The notes below the pieces were generated by a model. The model ran no database searches. It was not told the origin of the DNA and saw nothing but the letters and a program-made list of their open reading frames with translations. Positions 19,595 to 28,560 of a stretch of DNA of 64,000 bases are shown here, piece after piece. The DNA is from Candidatus Bathyarchaeota archaeon. GTDB lineage: Archaea; Thermoproteota; Bathyarchaeia; Bathyarchaeales; Bathycorpusculaceae. Position numbers and translations under genes: made by a program. Numbering within the stretch: position 1 is the first letter of the stretch; each line of letters begins with the position of its first letter. The stretch spans positions 32,001 to 96,000 of the forward strand of contig CAVTZU010000028.1 in NCBI GenBank assembly GCA_963739305.1. Direction: 5' to 3'.

Positions 19595-20446
19595 TCATGG
19601 GTAGTGCTGGTTGAAGTGGCCGGCTAGGATGATGGCATCGTAGATGTCGATTGTGTTGTCACCGTTGATGTCGGCGTTGACATTCCAATGCAAATTGCCC
19701 ACGTGGGTGTTGAAACCTCCTGCAAGCGTTATCGCGTCATAAATATCCACGGTGAAGTCGCCATTCACGTCGCCTGGCATGGTCAAGACCATGGAGGTGC
19801 CAGCTGTCAGATTGCCTGCAAGTGCCCCTATGTTGCAGTTGCCATAGGCAAAGCCTGTGGTGTTCCAAATGAATTGGACGGTTGCGGAGTTGTCAGTTGC
19901 TAAGGTAACGTTTTGTGATCCTAGGATAGTTGTGTTAGCGTAGGCTGTGACGTTGAAGGTCTCACTTTGGTTGCCCATGTTCATGAGCATTACGTTCACA
20001 GGCAGTTGACAACCTTGACCAACAACATTCTTAGATGGCGCAACGCTCATCACAGCGCTCGCGCTGCACAGGCTGCCATTTATCCAATCTAGGAAATAGG
20101 TTTGTGAATGCTCATCAAAACTAATCGTTCCGTTGATTACAACCATGTTCCCGACAACAAACCCTTCGGGAAATGTGCATCCCAGTTGCCCATTAAAAGT
20201 CAAAAACATAAAAGAACCACATGGATTCGGGTCAAGGCTTGGGTCAATGCTGTCTACAATTATGCCAGCGTAGACCGCGCTCACATTAGCGTAGCTTAAA
20301 GTACCGACCACGGTGTAAGTCGCCACAGTCGCGCGTGCGCGCGCACCCCCTAGGCAGGCTACTAAAATGATACAGATTATTCCAAGCGCGATAAGGACGC
20401 CTTTGCTGGCGATTTTCGTTTCTTTTGTTTCATTCACGTTTGACAT
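19595..20446 (-). CDS. Mosaic surface protein: N-terminal TM, OB-like segment, CARDB/Ig-like domain, dockerin-like repeat
   Basis: SKNVVGQG..NMGNQSETFNVT; GDVNGDFTVDIYD..ADINGDNTIDIYD. Confidence 0.8.
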   Translation of the reverse strand: MSNVNETKETKIASKGVLIALGIICIILVACLGGARARATVATYTVVGTLSYANVSAVYAGIIVDSIDPSLDPNPCGSFMFLTFNGQLGCTFPEGFVVGNMVVINGTISFDEHSQTYFLDWINGSLCSASAVMSVAPSKNVVGQGCQLPVNVMLMNMGNQSETFNVTAYANTTILGSQNVTLATDNSATVQFIWNTTGFAYGNCNIGALAGNLTAGTSMVLTMPGDVNGDFTVDIYDAITLAGGFNTHVGNLHWNVNADINGDNTIDIYDAIILAGHFNQHYP

Positions 20447-20546
20447 CCTACCATAGCAGTGTCCAGTGTAAGATATAAGTCCGCGCGCCCTACTGGCGAC
20501 ACGCAGAAATAACGGGTTGATACAGAATAGTCCTGCGATGATGTGA

Positions 20547-20717
20547 ATGGTGGATTATGTAAACGGGAGCGCTAATGACAACTGGTACTGGTGCAAGAAC
20601 TGGACTCAATACACCACGTACATCTACGAACAGCTATCAGGAACGCGACGTCCACCAAAGTTACACCTTTGCCCTCAATGCAAAGCAAAGGAAGACAACA
20701 AAGACTGCACAACATAG
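20547..20717 (+). CDS. 56-aa Cys/Trp-containing small protein (not in the ORF track)
   Basis: MVDYVNGSANDNWYWCKNWTQY..LCPQCKAKEDNKDCTT. Confidence 0.55.
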   Translation: MVDYVNGSANDNWYWCKNWTQYTTYIYEQLSGTRRPPKLHLCPQCKAKEDNKDCTT

Positions 20718-20898
20718 CGCATGCTCGCGCCTACTCATATCCGTTTATTCAGTCGCTGACGGCGCTCAACCACCCACAGCGCACGCTCAAAGATGTTCAA
20801 AAAACGATTTGAGGCATAAAATTGCTAAATGTCGCATGCGCTAACACGTTGAAAACTAATCGCGAAACTGGGGGTTTCTAGCGAAGGTCGATAGGTTT

Positions 20899-21142
20899 GT
20901 GGGAATAATACTAGTGAATACGGAGAACAAAGTTCTTCTGCAACTTAGGTCAAAGGATGACTATCTTTATCCAGATTGCTGGACCTTGCCTGGCGGGAGG
21001 GTTGAGGAGGGTGAAATTCTTGAACAGGCCATTGTCAGGGAAGTGAAGGAGGAGTTGGGGTGGGATCTTCGCGGATGCGGTCTTTTCAGGACTATTGTTT
21101 TAAACGATTCCGATGGGATCATGGAGCGCCATAAGCGCGCGC
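20899..21142 (+). pseudogene. NUDIX hydrolase truncated at a (GC)4 tract
   Basis: Complete Nudix box GGRVEEGEILEQAIVREVKEELG; the sequence becomes non-Nudix-like after GCGCGCGC at 21135-21142. Confidence 0.75.
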
Positions 21143-21217
21143 AAATTCCAAGATCAGGCAGGCATCCTGTTGCCCCGCTTCGTAGAGAACTGGGAAAACG
21201 GGGCAAGCCCTGCTCGA

Positions 21218-23281
21218 TCATGCAATTTGCAACGTAAAACGTTCAATTTGCCGAGCACAGTCTGATGGGTTCTCCACGGTTATCATTTCTTTCTGGAAAT
21301 AACCCGGCAACAGACGTTTTACGTAGTGCTGAATGGCTCGATCATCCAGAATCACGATGTATCCTTTATCTTCCGCAGATCTGTGGACACGCCCGCAGGC
21401 CTGAACCAGTCGAAGTATTGCCGGGGTTAGATAAGCATAGGTTCTCCCATTTCCTGGAAACTGTTGTTCAAGATAATCTACCAGTGATTCCTGGTAAGCA
21501 TCCCACGTTGCATAGGGCAACCCGACAGCGACAACTCCTTTCAACACGTTGTGTGGGTAGTCCATTCCCTCGCTCAGTTTGCCACCCATCACCCCGTAAA
21601 GAACGCTGTTGTTTGAGCGTGTTAGCTTCTGGATCACATCATTTCGCCTAGTGTCCTGCTCTTCCATGATTATTGCCCTGTTCGTCTCTATTGAAGAGGC
21701 AACCCTTCGCATCAATTGATAACTCGTGAAGAAAACCGCCAGGTTACCCTGAGTAGAGTCCGATATGGCTTCAATATATTTCTTCCATTTGTCAAGCATT
21801 TGGTCAGTTCTTCTCTTGAACTCTGACGACACGTCCTTGGCTACCATTATGAGCCTGTTCTTTCGTGGAAAAGGAGGATCAAACTCTTTCAAACAAGTTT
21901 GGTTTGCCTTGTATAGCATTAAATCTCTATAGACGTCGGGAGGTGACAAGAAACCGCTCATGAGAATGGTTCCTCGTGCTTCCCTCAAGACGAGATCGAC
22001 GATTTCTCTTCCGTCGAAACTTCGGACTTCTAGCGTAACTTGGTCTTTCTGGCCTCTTTCGATCAGATGGAAGTATTCTGATCCAACGTTCTTGAAGAAG
22101 CTCTCCATGAACGTGCCGATTCGAAAATTGTAGCTCGCGATCCTCGTTGAACCAGATTTAAGCTGCTTCTGTTTGACACTTTCTCCATACTCTTGAAGCA
22201 TCGCAGCGGCTTCCAGGCCTGAGACACCATTGTGAGCTAGAAACAAGTCATTGATCTCTTGAGGGTTAAGTCGCTTGAGCTCTTCATTTCTCAAAGTTTG
22301 ACGGGCGTGCCTAAAAATGTCCTCCATCACAAGGTTCAGAAGTTCTCTGACCGAACCTACCGACTCATGCTCGAAGATTTCAGTCTCCTTAACGGCTCGT
22401 TCCACGAAGCTCATCGTCAACTTGTCGGAAAGAAGCTCTCTGGCAAAAGTTGGAAGATTGTGCGCTTCATCGACAATCAGGAAAACTTTCGAAAAGCCAG
22501 ATCCGAAACCCTTCATAATCGTCTCCCTGATCTTGGGATCAAAAACGTAGTGATACGTCCCAAGAAAAACATTCACTCTCGGCAGAACCCTCTTGAGGGC
22601 TTCGTGAGGGCAGAACCCGCGTTCAGACATCACGTCAACGGATTCCTCTGGCGCAAGAATTCTTCGGGCGCATTCAAGAGCCAATTCTTCCGCCTCTCTT
22701 TTGCCCTTCACAAGGTTCATGTAGAATCTGCAGAAGGGCTTGGTCGACGACTCGCAGTTATCCTTCAGCCTCTTGCACTCTTCAAAAAAGTCTACATAAG
22801 ATAAGTCGCCCCGAGCGTTCATGGGACACATGTCCTGTTTGCTGAAGAATGAGATTGCTGAAATGTTTCTCGAGAGCGCTTTCAACTCCTTGAGGTATAT
22901 GTGCAATTGACTTCTGGTTCTGAAGCAGATCACAAGTCTGTTTTCTTCGAGCTGAGGCAGAACGGCAAGCAGGGATGCGAGCGATTTGCCTACGCCACAA
23001 GGAGCACTACCGAAGAAAACCTCTCTATTTTTCAGCGCCTCGGTTGCTGCTTGAACAAACTCCATCTGTTCTTTACGAGCTTCATAGTTCTCAGGGAGAA
23101 GTTTTCCTTTCTGGCTCGTCCCTTTCGCCTTTTGGCGAACAGTTTTGGGAAGCTCAGAAACCCTGTTTGCAGATATCAGATAAGTGCCACAGTCACTGCA
23201 AAAACGGTTACTTTCATACTCTTCTGAAGAATAGGTTCGGCCACAAGTGTGGCAAGCATAGTTTCGGGGCAAGCTTTTCAA
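21218..23281 (-). CDS. XPD/Rad3/DinG-family Fe-S DNA helicase with N-terminal zinc ribbon
   Basis: APCGVGKS, Fe-S cysteines, DEAH, SEGMD, QACGRVHR. Confidence 0.95.
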   Translation of the reverse strand: MKSLPRNYACHTCGRTYSSEEYESNRFCSDCGTYLISANRVSELPKTVRQKAKGTSQKGKLLPENYEARKEQMEFVQAATEALKNREVFFGSAPCGVGKSLASLLAVLPQLEENRLVICFRTRSQLHIYLKELKALSRNISAISFFSKQDMCPMNARGDLSYVDFFEECKRLKDNCESSTKPFCRFYMNLVKGKREAEELALECARRILAPEESVDVMSERGFCPHEALKRVLPRVNVFLGTYHYVFDPKIRETIMKGFGSGFSKVFLIVDEAHNLPTFARELLSDKLTMSFVERAVKETEIFEHESVGSVRELLNLVMEDIFRHARQTLRNEELKRLNPQEINDLFLAHNGVSGLEAAAMLQEYGESVKQKQLKSGSTRIASYNFRIGTFMESFFKNVGSEYFHLIERGQKDQVTLEVRSFDGREIVDLVLREARGTILMSGFLSPPDVYRDLMLYKANQTCLKEFDPPFPRKNRLIMVAKDVSSEFKRRTDQMLDKWKKYIEAISDSTQGNLAVFFTSYQLMRRVASSIETNRAIIMEEQDTRRNDVIQKLTRSNNSVLYGVMGGKLSEGMDYPHNVLKGVVAVGLPYATWDAYQESLVDYLEQQFPGNGRTYAYLTPAILRLVQACGRVHRSAEDKGYIVILDDRAIQHYVKRLLPGYFQKEMITVENPSDCARQIERFTLQIA

Positions 23282-23386
23282 AGCAAACTAGGCTTCAGAC
23301 CAGCAACATATACTTTGTTGGCATGGTAAACGCAAAAACGCGAGGAACACGCGCTGTACGGGTTCCTTTTTGAGTTTCAGTCCTGC

Positions 23387-23653
23387 TCAAGTGCGCGCTC
23401 CGGATTGCAGATCTTTGGTTGATGTCGCCCCGTCTTTCCGCCAGAGCTTTCTGAACCCTTCTTCCTGCTCTGGTGTAATCTTGAACCCGAGTTTTTCTTC
23501 CAGAAAAATTCCTACTAGGCGAACTGCAAAATAGGCTTCAGCCGAGTTATTTGTCCTCTTCTGTAACAGATCCAGAACCTTCTTTGACACTCGCAAGCAT
23601 TTCTGTATATCAACCGGAACTTTGGCAGAAGTCTCTGTCTTTTTTGCGCACAT
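23387..23653 (-). CDS. Hypothetical protein
   Basis: 88 aa helical ORF. Confidence 0.6.
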   Translation of the reverse strand: MCAKKTETSAKVPVDIQKCLRVSKKVLDLLQKRTNNSAEAYFAVRLVGIFLEEKLGFKITPEQEEGFRKLWRKDGATSTKDLQSGART

Positions 23654-23799
23654 ACCGTTTTCCCGCCAGCAAGTCTATTTCACTAGGTCAATAAATGTTT
23701 CTAAGGTTTTGTGTTCGACGCACAACACAATAGTTTGGGCACTATTGGAACAAACTTAAAAGCCGACTTTTCGAATTAAGAGTTGGACGAGTTCAATAA

Positions 23800-24978
23800 A
23801 TGCCAGCCAATTTGCCCCCAGACGCAAGAAAGAAATGGGCAGAGGTCGAGGAAACACACAACCCTCGGGAAAGACTCCAGAAAATGGAGGAGTTCCTTAG
23901 CCTTGTCCCAAAGCACAAGGGCACAGCAAAAACGTGTGCACAAGTCAAGAAACAAATGTCTTCACTGCGAAAGGAAATCGAAGAGAAGAAAAAGAAGAAA
24001 AAAGCCAGCAAGGGCGGTCCGAAAACCTTCATCGAGAAAGAAGGAGCAGCGCAGGTTGCTCTCATAAGCATGACCAAGGCAGGAAGGAGCAGTCTCCTAT
24101 CGTCACTAACGCGGGCTAAAGTTGAAATCTCAACCAACTTGTACGCAACGAGGAGCCCGATTCCAGGAATTATGACATATCAGGACCTTCAGATCCAGAT
24201 AATAGAGGCCCCTGCACTCATGGAGGGAGCAGCAGACGGCAAAGCGTGGGGACTTCAAACCCTCGGCATAGCCAGAAACGCTGACGGCCTCATCATCGTA
24301 GTCGACCTTGCACAGGACCCAGTCAAACAGTTATCTATAATTCTCGATGAATTGAGCAGAGCACGAATATCGACCATCAAACCCACGTCAAAGGTCGAGA
24401 TCGAAAGAAAATACATGGGCATTGGCTTGCGAATAATAGTGTTCGGAAGACTTGTCAACTGCACTTTCAAGGAAGTCGAAGAACTCCTGAAAGGCTACAA
24501 CGTCACCGACGCGATCGTGAAGATTTCCGGTGACGCAACACTCAGTGACATTGAAGAAGCCATATTCGAAATAATGGTTTACAGACCAACGGTGATAATT
24601 GCAAACAAAATTGACCTCCAAGGAGCTGAAGGGAACCTTAAGCGGCTTCAAGCCTATCTCGGCAACCGACTTCCAGCAGTTGCTGTTTCAGCCTTGACGG
24701 GAACTGGATTGGACAAGATCGGCGAGAACCTGTTCAACACGCTTGAGATAATACGCATTTACACCAAGGAACCAAACGAGAGGGAATACTCGAAAAAACC
24801 GTTTATCCTGAGGAAAGGATCAACGATATTCAACCTTGCGAAAAGCATCCATAGCGATTTCAAAGACGACTTCTACTTTGCCAGGGTCTGGTCCGAGCGA
24901 CTAGTCTTCAGTCCCCAAAAAGTCGGCTCCACGTTCAAGCTTCAAGACGGAGACGTAGTGGAAATCCATCTGAAATAG
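23800..24978 (+). CDS. DRG/OBG-family GTPase with TGS domain (degenerate G1/G3)
   Basis: MPANLP, PKHKGT, ANKID, IRIYTKEP, DGDVVEIH. Confidence 0.93.
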   Translation: MPANLPPDARKKWAEVEETHNPRERLQKMEEFLSLVPKHKGTAKTCAQVKKQMSSLRKEIEEKKKKKKASKGGPKTFIEKEGAAQVALISMTKAGRSSLLSSLTRAKVEISTNLYATRSPIPGIMTYQDLQIQIIEAPALMEGAADGKAWGLQTLGIARNADGLIIVVDLAQDPVKQLSIILDELSRARISTIKPTSKVEIERKYMGIGLRIIVFGRLVNCTFKEVEELLKGYNVTDAIVKISGDATLSDIEEAIFEIMVYRPTVIIANKIDLQGAEGNLKRLQAYLGNRLPAVAVSALTGTGLDKIGENLFNTLEIIRIYTKEPNEREYSKKPFILRKGSTIFNLAKSIHSDFKDDFYFARVWSERLVFSPQKVGSTFKLQDGDVVEIHLK

Positions 24979-25002
24979 AAAACAATGAAGAAAATAAACA
25001 GC

Positions 25003-25605
25003 CTATCTGGAAGCTTGAGCAACCCTTTCAATTTCGTTGCGTTTAGCAACAGCAAAGCTTTTCATGTCATTGTTCCCGGCCATTATCAGCTCTTCAGCCA
25101 AGCATTCATCTATCGAACGCGGGTTGTTCGACGATGCTTGCCTGGCACCGTCCGAGATGTGCCGCAGTGCGAGATCAACTCTTCTCTGAGGTGAAACGTC
25201 CACCGATAGGTGGTACACGACTCCACCGTAGCTGACTCTTGTCGTGTCTTCGCACGGAGACGAGTTCTCCACGGCTTTGACCAAGACTTCGACTGGGTTT
25301 TTGCCCGTTCGCAAGTTGATTATTTCCAGTGCGTTCTTCACTACGTTTGTCACCTTGGCTTTCTTTCCGGAGTTCTTGCCTGGACGCATCAGATTGTTTG
25401 CCACTCTTTCGACGATGTTGACGCCTGCCTTCCGAAAACGTTTGTGCTCGTGCCTTCCCATACTGTGCGGAATCACGACTGGCCTCAGGGAAATGTACCT
25501 TTGCAGCCCGGGATCCTTCACTTCCACGTTCTTGAAGCTCCATTTCCCGAAAAGCTTGATCTCTTTCGACTGTTTCTCTTCCTGCTTCTGACTCAAAACA
25601 CTCAC
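25003..25605 (-). CDS. rps7: 30S ribosomal protein uS7
   Basis: [30 protein letters not shown]. Confidence 0.99.
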   Translation of the reverse strand: MSVLSQKQEEKQSKEIKLFGKWSFKNVEVKDPGLQRYISLRPVVIPHSMGRHEHKRFRKAGVNIVERVANNLMRPGKNSGKKAKVTNVVKNALEIINLRTGKNPVEVLVKAVENSSPCEDTTRVSYGGVVYHLSVDVSPQRRVDLALRHISDGARQASSNNPRSIDECLAEELIMAGNNDMKSFAVAKRNEIERVAQASR

Positions 25606-26042
25606 CGAGCCGGCTTCTGCTTCCGCCCATAAACGAGTTCGTTAAGTGAAACTCCGTTAACTGTTATGACCTTCCAACGAACGCCCGGAATGTCTCCCAT
25701 GCTTCTCCCACGAGAGCCTCCTATGCCTTCAACTAATACCTCATCGTGCTCGTCGACAACGTTCAAGGCACCATCTCCGGGAAGGAAAGCCGTTATGAGA
25801 CGACCGTTCTTAATGAGCTGCGTTCTCACGCACTTACGAATGGCACTGTTGGGCTGCTTGCTCTCGACCCCGACCTTCTCAAGAACGATACCGCGACCCA
25901 TGGGTGATCCTTCTAGAGGATCCGCTTTGACGTCAAGCCTCAACATTCGACGCTTGTAATACCGAATACTCCAGCGAAACCTCTGCCTCTTTTCAACAAG
26001 CGCTCTTGCGGCAAATTCGCCTTTCGGGGACTTAGAACCCAT
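25602..26042 (-). CDS. rps12: 30S ribosomal protein uS12
   Basis: [20 protein letters not shown]. Confidence 0.99.
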   Translation of the reverse strand: MGSKSPKGEFAARALVEKRQRFRWSIRYYKRRMLRLDVKADPLEGSPMGRGIVLEKVGVESKQPNSAIRKCVRTQLIKNGRLITAFLPGDGALNVVDEHDEVLVEGIGGSRGRSMGDIPGVRWKVITVNGVSLNELVYGRKQKPAR

Positions 26043-26153
26043 TGAAAGATTTCCTCTCGCTACGTCTAATCACAAGTCTAATATTTAAACTGAACTACGA
26101 TGGTCGCAGCCCTCTTTTGAAGAAAAATGCCACGTTATTCCTTGTTTGCCGAT

Positions 26154-27059
26154 TTAGGTTTCAGAACTGAAGAGATTCTGCAGATAGATTTTGCCCTTCC
26201 CTAAAGTTCCGCCGTAGTTTGCGGCAGTTATCCTCTTCACGCCGTGGACTGTTGTGGCACTTTCTATCCCGACTTTCATCGCCATGTTCAAATCTTCAGG
26301 TCTCAGCGCACTGACTATGACTTCGTAAACGCATCTGACTCCATCAGGAATCATGCTTCCCTCCATCTTCGCCAACGTCGGGCAATACGCGTCGTTGGTC
26401 GTGGCCACAGCATCCTTGTAGGTCTTTCCACCGACCTTAGTCCCTGACGACGCGAACTTACCGAGCACATAAGGAATTCTCTTTGCAGCATCAACTGCCC
26501 GCTCCGCTGCTTCCAACGCTGCCGCATCCGTCTGCGCGAAGATCAAAAACATACCACCCGTCACGCCTTTCGCTATTCCAAACTTCTTTTCAACATAGAA
26601 ATAACCGTCCATCCTCGGTATCCTGAAGACTTCTCGTCCGAAAGCTTTGACTTCCTCCTCAAACCCGTCGCCGAACGCCTGAATCATCGTTCCCTTGATA
26701 TCAACGAAATCCACCGCCATCTCTCTCGGCAGGGCATCGAACACGCTCGTCTTCGGATAAGGCATAACGCCCTTTCTTATTCTCAATACCGAACACTCCT
26801 TCAGTGCCTCGGCCTTCCTGTCAAGAAATTGAAGAATAAACCCTGGTCTGCCGTCAGGAGTCTCTTCAAGCTTCGCCTCAACCTCAATCGATGCTTCACA
26901 AGGCGGAACAGTAGCCGACCTCCCCAGCCCCTTTGCTTCCAACGCGGATTCCAGAGCCCATTTCCTGTTGACAGACGTTATCAGCACCCTGGCAACCCGC
27001 ACCGTGAAAGTCTCACAGAAAGTATCATCAATCGGAACTCCATTAATCCTCAAATCCAA
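26154..27059 (-). CDS. ftr: Formylmethanofuran:H4MPT formyltransferase homologue (divergent)
   Basis: INGVPIDDTFCETF, TPDGRPG, FGDGFE, TNDAYCPTL, ANYGGTLG. Confidence 0.85.
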   Translation of the reverse strand: MDLRINGVPIDDTFCETFTVRVARVLITSVNRKWALESALEAKGLGRSATVPPCEASIEVEAKLEETPDGRPGFILQFLDRKAEALKECSVLRIRKGVMPYPKTSVFDALPREMAVDFVDIKGTMIQAFGDGFEEEVKAFGREVFRIPRMDGYFYVEKKFGIAKGVTGGMFLIFAQTDAAALEAAERAVDAAKRIPYVLGKFASSGTKVGGKTYKDAVATTNDAYCPTLAKMEGSMIPDGVRCVYEVIVSALRPEDLNMAMKVGIESATTVHGVKRITAANYGGTLGKGKIYLQNLFSSET

Positions 27060-27209
27060 CTCAGATCACCCGTTTCCACTGGCCCCTATTTCTCCATAGC
27101 TCATGGTTCTTCTAAGACTTTTCAATACTCATTCTTGAATCGTGGCTAAAAACTTAATTGGTCACGGCATTCCATTATCTTCAGCGAAGGGTTTTCACGA
27201 GGTTTCAAG

Positions 27210-28538
27210 ATGAACATTACAGAAGTCACAAAAATCATTCAAAAAGAAAATGTGAGAGAGATTGCCCTCCAGTTCGCCGACATATCAGGGATCTTGCACT
27301 CTCTCTGGATACCTTCTGAACTTTTCTCAAAAACTGCTGAAGAAGGAATACACACGGACGGTTCATCCGTTGACATGGTGGATATAAGCGAAAGCGACTT
27401 GAAACTGAAACCAGACCCAAGCACGTTTACCATACTTCCCCCAGGTCTTTTCGCTCAGAAGACAGCGAGGGTCGCCTGCGACATCTACGAACCTGAATCA
27501 AGAAAAACACTCGAAATTGATCCGCGGCACATACTGAAGAAAGTCATCGAGGACGCCAAGAAGATTTTTGGAAACACGATCACATACAACGCATGCAGTG
27601 AAATTGAATACTTTGTTTTCGACAAAGCAGAAAACGGGGCGATAAGACTGATTGATAACGCCGGGTACCTTGCTAGCCCGCCAGCCGACGCCGGCGCAGA
27701 TTTGAGGCTTGAGATCACCGAAAACCTCAGAAACATAGGCATCCTTGTTGAAAAACACCATCACGAAGTGCCCCCTGGAAAATCCGAGTTGAATTTGGCC
27801 TACTGCGACGCTTTGAAGATGGCTGACACAATATACCTAGTGAAGTTCCTTGTAAAAATGATGGCCGCCAGAAGGGGACTCGTCGCCTCATTCATGCCCA
27901 AGCCATTTCATGACGGATATGGATGCGGACTGCACACGCACGTCAGCCTAACCGATGACAAAAAAAGGAAGAACCTGTTCTACGACCCGAAAGGAACCTG
28001 CGGCCTCAGCAAGACGGCGTTGCAGTTCATCGCGGGCATCTTGTGCCACGCAAGAGCTCTAGCAGCAATCACTAACCCTTCAGTCAACTCTTACAAAAGG
28101 CTCGTTCCAGGCTGGGAGGCTCCTGTTTACCTTTCTTGGGCAAAGTACAACAGGTCGGTCCTTGTCAGGGTGCCCCCTGGAAAAGAGATGAGGACCAGGC
28201 TGGAGTACAGGCCGACGGATGGATCCTGCAACTTCTACCTTGCTTTTGCAGCTATATTGGCCGCAGGGCTGGATGGGATAAGAAGAGGAGTTGAGCTTCC
28301 GGATCCCGTCGAAGAAGACATATACGCCATGACTGAGAAGGAGAGAGCTGAAAGAGGCATCGCAATACTCCCTGGAAATCTCGGGGAGGCTTTGGTCGAA
28401 TTCTCAAAGGACAAGTGCTTGCAGGATACCTTGGGGCATCCTTTCTGCAGAGAATTCCTGAGGATAAAGAGCAAAGAATGGCGAGACTTCAACCTGACCG
28501 TCCATGAATGGGAACGGAAAAGATACTTGGACGTCTAG
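27210..28538 (+). CDS. glnA: Glutamine synthetase type I family protein
   Basis: DGSS, EIEYF, HHEV, FMPKP, GLHTHVSL, NSYKRLVPGWEAP, RLEYR. Confidence 0.93.
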   Translation: MNITEVTKIIQKENVREIALQFADISGILHSLWIPSELFSKTAEEGIHTDGSSVDMVDISESDLKLKPDPSTFTILPPGLFAQKTARVACDIYEPESRKTLEIDPRHILKKVIEDAKKIFGNTITYNACSEIEYFVFDKAENGAIRLIDNAGYLASPPADAGADLRLEITENLRNIGILVEKHHHEVPPGKSELNLAYCDALKMADTIYLVKFLVKMMAARRGLVASFMPKPFHDGYGCGLHTHVSLTDDKKRKNLFYDPKGTCGLSKTALQFIAGILCHARALAAITNPSVNSYKRLVPGWEAPVYLSWAKYNRSVLVRVPPGKEMRTRLEYRPTDGSCNFYLAFAAILAAGLDGIRRGVELPDPVEEDIYAMTEKERAERGIAILPGNLGEALVEFSKDKCLQDTLGHPFCREFLRIKSKEWRDFNLTVHEWERKRYLDV

Positions 28539-28560
28539 TAGGACACAGAAGGGGAAAGAC

